64,000 nt of DNA, from contig CM059432.1 of NCBI GenBank assembly GCA_030390025.1, positions 17,176,001 to 17,240,000 on the forward strand. Direction: 5' to 3'. This DNA comes from Squalus acanthias. Taxonomy: Eukaryota. This document shows positions 51,289 through 62,465 of the stretch, piece by piece. A program made the translations under genes and the position numbers. The first letter of the stretch is position 1. Each line of letters starts with the position of its first letter. The notes under the pieces were generated by a model. It was given only the letters and a program-made list of their open reading frames with translations, had not been told where the DNA came from and searched no databases.

Positions 51289-52382
51289 TTTTGGGTCTCC
51301 TTCATAGATGACCTGCCCCATGAAGTCTGTGTAGAACACGGCAGCTCCAATCACTGCGAACCAGGTTACCAGGTGGCACACACACAGTCTGAAAAGCTCC
51401 TTTGGCATTTTCAGCATGGACAACCAGAGAAGCTTCACAGTAGTTTCAGTCTCTCCTTCCTCGCTCTCCGTATCACTGCTTGAATTGGTCACGCCACTCT
51501 TGTTACGTTGTCTCTGTCGCTGCCTTTGTCTCTTCTGTAGATCATACAGGTCATTCATGCTGCGTGAGGATTTGATCAGGACAATGGCATTGGCACGACG
51601 GAAGCGGTAACGGTGGGAACCCATCTTGCCGTAGTATGAAAAAGTGTGAGATGGCTGCCGGTAGAACATGTGCCTCCGTCTGCGCATGGAGCTGCAGGTC
51701 GTCGATGGTTTCATTCCAACCCTGCAGGTGTTATGGTTGATACTACCATTAGTAAGGTCACCAGCAAGCCCATTTGCCACTTTGGAATCAGTCTTCAGAT
51801 CATCCTGCAAAACATCTTCAAACTCACGTTCCCTGAGCAAAGCAGACACTTGATTGAACCTGGATATAATCTCCTGGTTGTTACTTTTGGGTAAACTTGC
51901 TAAAGAGTGACACAGGATATCACATTGGTCCTGAAAAATGGAAGGTTCAATGTCCCGCAAAAAAAACAACTCTGATTCAATTTCTATTGTTGCATCAGGC
52001 ATGTGCAAAACAGAGTCACTTTGGCTGCGTCCAATATTTACATCCAGGAAATCGAGATTGACATCTTGCACAGAGCATGTTTCATCAGGGAAGACTGAAG
52101 CAGAGTAAGGTCCTTCGTTGTGGAGCAGGTCAAGCCGAGGGAGGGGTGGGAGGCCGTCATTCAGTTTAACAGTTGACCGTGTCTCAGTTTCTTCATCAAC
52201 ACGGTCTTGTTGAGGGTTATACTCCTCCTCTTCAATGCTGAAAAGATGTAAAGCAACAGACACAGAAAAGATGATGGCTGCAAAGAAGAAGAGGACCTGT
52301 TGTTGGGATTTGAAGATCTGACCCAAAGCGGTCTGTGTCCAATCTAAGCCACCCAGCATATAGCCAACAGCTCCACCCAGAC
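51289..52382 (-). CDS. SLC45A4: SLC45A4 large coding exon (TM segments plus long cytosolic loop)
   Basis: TTCTCCCTAG| acceptor; (G)LGGAVGYMLGGLDWTQT...FYTDFMGQVIYEGDPK; donor |GTAAG; 1094 nt, phase 1-0. Confidence 0.96.
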
Positions 52383-53402
52383 CTAGGGAGAAATTAGAGG
52401 TGAAAACCAAATTAGATTCTTAATCTGCATCTATAAACTATCTTTCTGAATGATTTCGGGCCCTCCTTAATAAATGCAAGTTCTAGTCAAAATTATGGGC
52501 TGTCTCCCAGTACAGTTACAATCTTTTAAGTCCCATCTAAAAAAGAGACCAAGGAGTAGGAACGTACAGGATCAGAAAAGATCATTGTGATTCACCCCAA
52601 AAAGGTCAAAAAAATTCCATAAACTCATTCAATTAAGAAAACTGCCAGCTGTCTCCTGAATTAGTTGAGGCTACCATATACCCAGGCAGTCAGTTCCATA
52701 TCTTCATTACCCTGTGTGAAGTAGTTACATTTAAACTCACTCTTCTGAGCTCAAGTCTTTGTCCCCAGGTTAACAACATTGCAGTTATGCCAAACAATTT
52801 ATATGGGATCAGTCGATCAATGCCCCTTCGAATCTTAAACTTTGATGAAGTCTCCTGTGAATCTTCTTTTCAAGGTAAACATCTCCAACTACCTCAAGTT
52901 CCCCCTTGTAGCTCAGGTGCCTAATTCCCATCATAAGTTTGGTTGCCCTTCTTCACATCTGCTTCAAAGCTAGGATGTCCCAACTACAGGAAGGTGAATT
53001 GTAGACAGTACGCTAGCTTGGGAGGGCCGGGGTGCAGAGGGGAGGTGAACAAATGTTCGATACCCCCTGTCATTATACTCATGATTTTATTAATTGTTTT
53101 ATCCACTAATACTCCCACATCCCTCTTCTATATCGGAGAGAATCCAAGATTTTCTGTTTTTGTGGGCGACATAGATGTGTTTACTGTAGAGTCTCAGAAG
53201 CCACATATAAAGTTTAAGGCCTGGTTTGTGTTTGTATTTCTTATTTGTTAGTTTATCCAGTTTGAATTTTGTGGGCCTGGAGGTTTGGAAATGGCTGTTC
53301 TTAGCACTGTTTCTTTAAATTCTAAACAGATGGTCACCCAGAGTTATATGAAAATAAATGGTTTAACGGATTGTTTACGGGAACAAGGCCTTAAACTTTA
53401 TA

Positions 53403-55567
53403 ATAAAAACAGAAAATGCTGGAAATACTCAGCAGGTCAGGCAGCATCTGTGGAGAGAAACAGAGTTAACGTTTCAGGTCAATGACCCTTTGTCAGAACT
53501 GGAAAAAGTTAGAGATGTAACAGATTTTAAGCAAGTGTAGGGACAGGAAGGAGGGGAGGAAAGAACAAAAGGGAAAGTCTGTGATAGGATGGAAGGCAGG
53601 AGAGATTAAAAGAGAAAAGGGATGATAGCGCAAGGCAAAAGGAGATGGTAATGGGACAAGTTAAGAAACAACTCGAGGTGTAAATGGCAATGGCAGAATC
53701 ATCAACAGCTGCCATGAGAGAGAAAAAAAAATTGGGGCCAAGGTTATAGTCGATGTTGAGTCCACAAGGCTGTAAAGTGTCTAATCAAAAGATGAGGTGC
53801 TGTCCCTCGAGCTTACGTTGAGCTTCGTTGGAACAGTGCAAGAGGCCGTGGACAGAGAGATCAGAGTGAGAGTGGAGCAGAGAATAAAAGTGACAGGTGA
53901 CCGGAAGCTCGGGGTCACCCTTATGGACTGAACGGAGGTGTTCCACAAAGCGGTCACCCAATCTGTGTTTGGTCTCCCCACTGTAGAGGAGACCGCATCG
54001 TGAGCAGCGAATACAGTATACTAAATTACAAGTACAAGTAGTAAATCGCTGTTTCACCTGGAAGGAGTGTTTGGGGCCCTGGACAGTGGGAAGGGAGGAG
54101 GTGGTAAAAGGGCATGTGTTGCATCTCCTGCGCTTGCATGGGAAGGTGCTGTGGGAAGGGGTGTTGGGGGTGATAGAGGAGTGGACCAGGGAGTCGCAGA
54201 GGGAGCGGTCCCTTCGGAATGCTGCAAGGGGAGGGGAAGATGTGTTTGGTGGTGGGATCACGCTGGAGGTGGCGGAAATGGGGATGATCCGTTGAATGTG
54301 GAGGCTGGTGAGGTAAAAGGTGAGGACAAGCGGAACTCTATCGTGGCTCTGGGAGGGAGGGGAAGGGATAAGAGCAGAAGTGCGGGAAATAGAACGGACA
54401 CGGTCGAGGGCCATGTCAATCACGGTAGAGGGGGATCCTCAGTTGAGGAAAAAGGAAGACATATCGGAAGCACTAATATGGAAGGTGGCATCGTCAGAGC
54501 AGATGCGGCGGAGACGAAGAAACTGGGAGAATGGAATAGAGTCCTTACAGGAAGCGGAGTGGGAGGAAGTGTAGTCCAGGTAGCTGTGGGAGTCAGTGGG
54601 CTTATAGTGGATGTTTGTCAATAGTCTATCCCCAGAAATGGAGACAGAAGGCAAGGAAGGGAAGAGTCAGAGATGGACCATGTGAAGGTGAGGGAAGGGT
54701 GGAAATTGGAAGCAAAGTGAATGACATTTTCTAGTTCAGGGCGTGAGCAGGAAACGGCATCGATACAGTCATCAATGTACCGGAAAAAGAGGCGAGGGAG
54801 GGGACCTGAGCAGGACTGGAACAAAGAATGTTCCACCTGTATCACAAAAAGGCAGGCATAGCTAGGACCCATGCGGGTTCCCATAGCAACACCTTTAATT
54901 CGGAAGAAGTGAGTGGAGTCAAAGGAGAAGAAGTTGTTCAATGTGAGAACAAGTTCAGCCAAGCGGAGGAATCACAGAATCCCCACAGTGCAGATAGAGG
55001 CCATTTCGGCCCATCGAGCCTGCACCGACACATATCCCACCCTATCCCCGTAACCCCACGTATTTAATCCCCCCCTAACACTAAGGGTCAATTTATCATA
55101 GCCAAATCAACCTAACCCGCACATCTTTGGACTGTGGGAGGAAACCGGAGCACCCGGAGGAAACCTACGCAGACACGGGGAGAATGTGCAAACTCCACAC
55201 AGACAGTCACCCGGGGCCGGATTCGAACCCGGGTCCCTGGCTCTGTGAGGCAACAGTGCTAACCACTATGCCACCGTGTTTGAAAAAGATTATAAAAAAA
55301 GAACCAGGGTGGTGGTGGATGGGGACTGGTTGGGCCTCTGTTCAAGGAAGAAGCAGAGCGCCCTCAGGCCATCCTGGTGGGGGATGGAGGTGTACAGGGA
55401 TTGGACGTCCAGTAAAAAGGAGACGGTTGGGGCCAGGAAACTGTTAAAGTGGCGGAGGGCGTCAGAAGAGTCGCGGATGTAGGTGGGAAGAGACTGGACA
55501 AGGAGAAAGAGAGTCGAGATAGGAAGAGATGAGTTCCGCGGGGCAAGAACAGGCTGAAACGATGGGT
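53403..55567 (-). mobile_element. Penelope-like element (RT + GIY-YIG) interrupted by an HE1-like SINE
   Basis: GVAMGTRMGPSYACLF, FRYIDD, NLVYCIRCSRCGLLYSGETKHRLGDRFVEH; 13-bp TSD CTTAAACTTTATA (53390-402, 55568-80). Confidence 0.93.
54972..55280 (-). mobile_element. HE1-like V-SINE nested in the PLE
   Basis: Reverse complement of the tRNA head and V-domain seen at 1189. Confidence 0.87.
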
Positions 55568-55821
55568 CTTAAACTTTATATGTGGCCTCCAAGACTCTAT
55601 GGTATACACATCTATGTCACCCACAAAGAGATAGAAAAGCTTAGTTTCTCTTGACTAGAGAATATATTTCCCATATAAAAGAGGGATGTGGGAGTATTAA
55701 TGGATAAAACAATTAGTAAAAATCAAGTGTAAAAACCAGTTGGAATAGCTATGCTGAATACTTGTGCAATACATTAGGGTAACAAACAGCAACATATTCA
55801 ATGCAAGTTTTTTTTAATCTT

Positions 55822-56212
55822 TAGGTTGTGGATTCAAGTCCCACTCCAGAGGCTTGATCACAAAATCTATATTGACAGTCCAGTGCAGTACTGAGGGAGT
55901 GCTGCACTGTCAGAGGTTCCGTCTTTCAGATGAGATGTTAAACTGAGGCCCCATCTGTCCTCTCAGGTGAACGTAACAGATCCCATGGTACTATTTCGAG
56001 TGGAGCTCTCCCTGGTGTCCTGGACAATATCTCTCAATCAACATCAGTAAAAAAAATTATCTGGTCATCATCACACTGCTGTTTGTGGGACCTTGCTGTG
56101 CGCAAATTCGCTCCCGCATTTCTTGCGTTACAACAGTGACTACACTTTAAAAGTGCTTAATGGTTGTAAAGCCCTTTGGGATGTCCGGAGGCAATACAGA
56201 ATTGCAAATCTT
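55822..56212 (+). mobile_element. DeuSINE, 5'-truncated
   Basis: B-box region, Deu domain and degenerate tail. Confidence 0.82.
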
Positions 56213-56568
56213 TATTTTTAAAATGGATTTTGTAACTTGTAAAGTACATTATTAAATATAAAATTCCTTTTTTTTTTAAAAACAGGCTTCTCATGCATAT
56301 TCAGCTAAAAAGTAAATTATCCGAACGGCTTTTAAAAACAGAGCAATTTAACAAAAGGTTTGGGAATACTTTCACCTTGGGATGGTTGGCACTTTGAATT
56401 GTACATAGACTATTTTTGTACCTGTGTGGATCAATTACATGATTCACATCATAATCGTGTAAAGTTCACAATTTTATCAAGGTCTTCTCCCCCTCGCATT
56501 TTACGGAGGTAAATTTAAAAATAGCACAAAAAAGTAAACTAAATTAAAACAGATTATAAACTACATAC

Positions 56569-56748
56569 CTGCAGAAAATGCATGGATATTGAGTGCCATA
56601 TCTTGCTCTTCAGTGTCTGCCACATCCAGCAAGTAAGCTCGGATTGGTCCCTCTGTTGCATCTGCGCAAAAGTCCAATATTACTACACCTACAACAGTCA
56701 GGACTATACCAATTGTCTGATGGTCAGGGATGTCTCCAATGGCTAGAC
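56569..56748 (-). CDS. SLC45A4: SLC45A4 coding exon (upstream exons lie beyond the window)
   Basis: TGTTTCTCAG| acceptor; (G)LAIGDIPDHQTIGIVLTVVGVVILDFCADATEGPIRAYLLDVADTEEQDMALNIHAFSA; donor G|GTATGT; 180 nt, phase 1-1. Confidence 0.95.
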
Positions 56749-57863
56749 CTGAGAAACAGAATTTCTAAAAATAAACAGGACTGCCAGAAACATACTTTTA
56801 CTAAAGTTACTACACAACAGTTCCCAAAATGGATACATTCCGATCCCAAGCTCCGTTATCTTAAAATGTTGTCGTCTTGAAGAAAAGCCAAATTTGCTTA
56901 AAGTCAGACTTCTTTCAGTAGAGGGGAAGATTTAGGTACTTAAAACTACATTACTAGCAACGTTGCAGATCTTTATTTTTCCCTTAAAATGCAATCACTG
57001 GTGAAACATTCTTGTACAGAATTGTTGTACAGAATACTGTTCAACTTTTAAAATGCTCTCAAACACAACATGCACCATCACGTGCCAAGTTGTCCTTGAG
57101 TATATTTTTATTTAGATAGGCAGCAAAAACACTTTTGCAAATGTTAATTTTGTTATGAAGACATAACCCTCATACTGGTCGTTACAATCACCATTAGTGG
57201 AGACCCACATTTGAATTGCCTTCCACATTATTTAAAAGTTCATTAAAATTAGGAGCAGCTTTATAGACAATAAAGGATTCCAATATTTGAGAAACAGAAG
57301 CCATTAGGAAGCAAGTGGTAAAACATGACTCACTTTCCCCATCCCATCAAAAGTCCCATTGACACTGGAAAGCCAGAGTAAGTCTGAATCAACAGCACCC
57401 GAATGATTGCTCCCGTACACATGCCAAGTAGAATTTGATTTGCACCAATCAGCTTTTTTAAATTTGCAACTTTCCATTATGCATTATAAAAATTGGATTG
57501 AAATACTTTCCATTCTAGACTGATGGGTAGTCAAGTCAATAATTAAAAATGCTAAAGAATGCGGTTAATCAATAACACATTTCATATTAAAGTGCTGCAT
57601 CCAGCTTAGACAAAAGGAATGAAAGATAACCCTTGATCAAAGGAGAAAATCTTAATCATATTTTGTAAGACACAAAACTGACCCAAGTTGCTTTGAATAC
57701 AGGCAAGATTAAAAACCCAGATAATTTGTCAAACCCAAAGTTATCCACCTTGTAGTGTTCTCTTCACTATGAATGGAGGCATTAGCATAGCATAACTCAG
57801 ATAGCCAACAGGAAGAACTACAAGCACAAGTGACTTAAGATGCTTGACATCAGGAACAATATA

Positions 57864-58217
57864 CAGGAAACTCTTTATTAACCGGCACAGACGGGACCGG
57901 CGTGGTGCCGGTTTATCAAAAAGTCCGGATAACGGAGAGTTATATCTACCAAGGTACGGGGAGCCCCGTACATGGCCACAGATCCAGGAGTCCCTGGTGC
58001 ACGGCCACAGGTGCAGGAACCCTGGTCACATTAAAGAATTTCTGCATCTCCCTTCTTGTGACAGATCTTACAGCGAGCATTCAGCAAAGACTTGGCCCAT
58101 ATAATGCTACGATCCAGTGTAGAGAGATGAAGGAAAACCCCAGTTACCTACTCAAGAATTTTGCCGGTTAAGAGAGATTTCCGGATATTTGGGTGCCGGT
58201 TAATAAAGAGTTTCCTG
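57864..58217. mobile_element. Tc1/mariner (pogo/Tigger-like) MITE
   Basis: Perfect 25-bp TIR CAGGAAACTCTTTATTAACCGGCAC, TA on both sides. Confidence 0.92.
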
Positions 58218-58308
58218 TATATGTCATTCACATGATCCTCTGGCTCTTTTCCCACAAAACTATTCTGTTCATTCGAAAAGCCCAACAAAAGTCACAAACC
58301 AAGAAAGG

Positions 58309-61034
58309 TCAATGTCATCACCAAGAGTGGCTTGGTTGCACCACTACTGACCGAGCCCTGAAGGACATAACTGCCAGTCTGGGCCTGCGGCAGGTGGTGA
58401 GAACCACCAACACGAGGGGAAAAAACCTACTTGACCTCGTCCTCACCAATCTACCTGTCGCAGATGCATCTGCCAATGACAATATTGGTAGCAGTGACCA
58501 CCGCAGAGTCATTGTGGAGACGAAGTCCTGTCTTCACACTGAGGACACCCTCCATCGTGTGGCACTACCACCGTGCTAAATGAGAGATTCAGAACAGATC
58601 TAGCAGCTCAAAACTGGGCATCCACGAGGTGCTGTGAGCCATCAGCAGAATTGTATTCCACCACAATCTGTAACCTCATGGCCTGGCATATCCCTCACTC
58701 TACCATTACCACCAAGCCAGGGGACCAACCCTGGTTCAATAAGAGTGTAGAAGAGCATGCCAGGAGCAGCACCAGGCATACCTAAAAATGAGGTGCCAAC
58801 CTGGGGAAGCTGCAACACAGGACTATATGCATGCTAAAAAGCAGAAGCAGCATGCTATAGACAGGGCTAAGCGATCCCACAATCAACAGATCAGATCAAA
58901 GCTCTGCAATCCTGCCACATCAGTCGTGAATGGTGGACGACCATTAAACAACTAACGGGAGGAGGAGGCTCCATGAATATCCCCATCCTTAATGATGGAG
59001 GAGCAAAAGACAAGGCTGAAGCGTTTGCAACCATCTTCAGCCAGAGGCACAGAGTGGATCATCCATATTGGCCTCCTCCTGAGGTCCCCACCATCACAGA
59101 AGCCAGTCTTCAGCCAATTCGATTCACTCTACATGATAAAGAAACGGCTCAGTGCACTGGATACAGCAAAGGCTATGGGCCCTGACAACATCCCGGCCAA
59201 GCTGTTCCAGTACAGCTACAACACTGGCATCTATCAGACAATGTGGGGTTATGGGGATAGGATGGGATATGTTAGGGGGAATTAAATACGTGGGGTTACA
59301 GGGGTAGGGTGGGATATGTGTACTGTGGGGATTAAAGCAGGGACAGGGTACTGGATTTGGATGATCAGCCATGATCGTATTGAATGGTGGAGCAGTGTTA
59401 GGGGGGGATTAAATATGTGGGGTTATGGGGATAGGATGGGATATGTTAGGGGGAATTAAATACGTGGGGTTACAGGGGTAGGGTGGGATATGTGTACTGT
59501 GGGGATTAAAGCAGGGACAGGGTACTGGATTTGGATGATCAGCCATGATCGTATTGAATGGTGGAGCAGGCTCGACGGGCCGAATGGCCTACTCCTGCTC
59601 CTAGATTCTATGTTTCTATGTAATGTGGAAAACTGCCCAGGTATGTCCTGTCCTCAAAAAGCAGGACAAATCCCATCCGGCCAATTACCACCCCATCAGT
59701 CTACTCTCAATCATCAGCAAAGTGATGGAAGGTGTCATCGACAGTGCTATCAAGCAGCACTTACTCACCAATAACCTGCTCACCGATGCCCAGTTTGGGT
59801 TCCGCCAAGACCATTCTGCTCCTGACCTCATTACAGCCTTAGTCCAAACATGGACAAAGGAGCTGAATTCCAGAGGTGAGGAGAGAGTGACTGCCCTTGA
59901 CATCAAGGCAGCATTTGACAGAGTGTGGCATGAAGGAGCCCTAGTAAAACTGAAGTCAATGGGCATCCGTGGGGGGAGGGGGGGTTAACTCTCCACTGGC
60001 TGGCGTCATACCTAGCACAAACGAAGATGGTTGTGGTGATTGAAGGTCAATCATCACAGCCCCAGGACATCGCTGCAGGAGTTCCTCAGGGCAGTGTCCT
60101 AGGCCCAACCATCTTCAGCTGCTTCATCAATGACCTTCCCTCCAACACAAGGTCAGAAATGGGGAGGTTCGCTGATGACTGCAGTGTTCAGTGCCATTCA
60201 CAACTCCTCAGATAATGAAGCAGTCCATGGCCGTATGCAACAAAACCTGGACGACGTTCAGGCTTGGGCTGATAAGTGGCAGGTAACATTCACGCCACAG
60301 AAGTGCCGGGCAATGACCATCTCCAACAAGCGAGAGTCTAAGCACCGCCCCTTGACATTCAATGGCATTACCATTGCCGAATCCCCCACCATCAACATCC
60401 TAGGGGTCACCATTGGCCAGAAACTTAACCAGCCACAAATACTGTGGCAACAAGAGGTCAGAGGCTAGGTATTCTGTAGCGAGTGTCTCATCTCCTGACT
60501 CCTCAAAGCCTTACTACCATCTACAAGGCACAAATAAGGAGTGTGATGGAATACTCTTCACTTGCCTGGATGAGTGCAGCACCAGCAACACTCAAGAAGC
60601 TAGATACCATACAGGACAAAGCAGCCCGCTTGATTGGCCCATCTACCACCTTAAACATTCACTCCCTCCACCACCGGCGTCCCGTGGCTGCAGTGTGTAC
60701 CATCTACAAGATGCACTGCAGCAACTCGCCAAGGCTTCTTCTGCAGCACCTCCCAAACCCACGACCTCTTCCACCTAGAAGGACAAGGGTAGCAGGCGCA
60801 TGGGAACACCACCACCTCCAAGTCACACACCATCCTGACTTGGAAGTATATCGCCAATCCTTCATCGTCGCTGGGTCAAAATCCTGGAACTCCCTACGTA
60901 ACAGCACTGTGGGAGTACCTTCACCACACGGACTGCAGCGGTGGCTCACCACCACTTTCGAGGGCAATTAGGGATGGGCAATAAATGCTGGCCTTGCCAG
61001 CGATGCCCACATCCCATAAATGAATTTAAAAAAA
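58309..61034 (+). mobile_element. Second, 5'-truncated copy of the CR1-group LINE at 7595
   Basis: Colinear APE/RT segments ([34 protein letters not shown]) and the same 3' end. Confidence 0.9.
59247..59621 (+). mobile_element. 5'-truncated HE1-like SINE 3' part with internal tandem duplication, nested in the LINE
   Basis: About 154-bp unit present twice; AATGTGG duplicated at 59240-46 and 59622-28. Confidence 0.85.
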
Positions 61035-61753
61035 GCCTTAAATAGCAAATACCAAAGGTTTTGATTGAAACACAATGGAATCAGCAGGATGTTTTATAAG
61101 AATATTTCCCCTTGAAACAGATCTACCAAGAGGCAAAATCCATCTGCTAGAGGTTCAAAAATATATCTAAGTATGAGGATTACTCAAATCAACAAACTTT
61201 CAAGTAACCCATTCAAGGTTTCCCAAGGCGTAACTGTAGATTGTCTTATTCAGTTGAATCACAATTTGCCCTGTTGCGCTGTATTGGAACCAATAAAATT
61301 TGGAATTTTTGGCAGCCCCTCCAATTGTTCAGTGACAATCCTACCTGATCAAAGTCTACAGCTACAACAGAAGCATGAAGCTAAGTGCACAAGACTGCAT
61401 TCAAACAGTAGGGATGATCTGCACAAGTCCCTTATCCTACAGGAGGAGTTCAGTCCCGATAGCTGAAAGCCATTTAGCCCAGATTAGAACCTGGTCAGCC
61501 CAGTGTTAAGATCAAGCATTTGGGAAGAGGCCACATCTGAAGAAATCCTGTAACAGGCACCATTTAACCTGGTTGCGTAGCTATGTGGAGAATGGGGGAC
61601 AAGTATCTGGTTTCAAACCGTCTAGACTGGGAAGGGAGCCTTGTTCGCTGCCAACATTACAGGCTAGCTACAGTGTATTGATCATCGGTAACTCCAGTCA
61701 GCTGAGCCCACTTCTAGACCTATCCGTCTTATTAGGCAGGAAAATGAGAGATT

Positions 61754-62465
61754 GGCCCGGATTTTCCGACCCCCATGGGTGTGTACGAGGTGCGTATGCA
61801 CCTGTAGGGGCCTCGCAAGTGCCGGTTTCAAGCATGCGAAGCGCATGCGCTGAAAACTGGCACTTCCGATCTGTCAAGAATCCTCTTACCAGATCATCTG
61901 CCTACTCGGGAGAAGGGTCTCTAGGTGGAGAGTTCCGCTTTCTGCACAACTTCCGCCCGCTAAAAATCTTTAAAAATCTTACACCTGGTAATAGCAGGCG
62001 CAAGGCCTGCTTTTACCAGCATAAGAGTTTAAAAAAGCAAAAAAATTAAAAAATTCACTCAATTTTAAAAGATTTTTAAAAAAAGGTACATTTATTTTTA
62101 GCCCCATAAAAACTATTTTTCTCAAAAAATTAAATGTGTTTAAAATATTTAATTTAATGTAATTTTAATTGTGATTTTAAAAAATGTATTTAATGTTTAA
62201 CTGTTTTTTAATGTGATCCCCATTTTGACAGATCTATGCAGAGAGACCGGTCAAAAGTGTGCAGGGGGTTTCCCTTCTTTGATTGGTTTCCCATGACCTA
62301 CGTGATCCTAGGGACGCTTGCGAACTGCCTGGGATACCTGGGCCTCTATGCGCTCTGACCAGGATCGGAAGTGTCGGGACCTACGGAGCCAGCAGGTAAG
62401 TTTGTAGATTTTTCCCGATCGGAGGCATCCGCACGCAGAAAGCCTCCGATCGGAAAATCCGACCC
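61754..62465. mobile_element. Non-autonomous TIR element related to 6419-7162
   Basis: TIR GGCCCGGATTTTCCGA / GGGTCGGATTTTCCGA; shared internal palindrome GTGCCGGTTT..GCGCATGCGCTGAAAAC(C/T)GGCACTT and AT-rich core. Confidence 0.68.

Noticed and set aside
51271..52410. 379-aa ORF as a standalone single-exon gene
   Set aside because: Splice sites at 52382 and 51289 and matching phases show it is an internal SLC45A4 exon.
59241..59568. Repeat array resembling CRISPR or satellite DNA
   Set aside because: Eukaryotic context, no unique spacers; it is duplicated SINE sequence.
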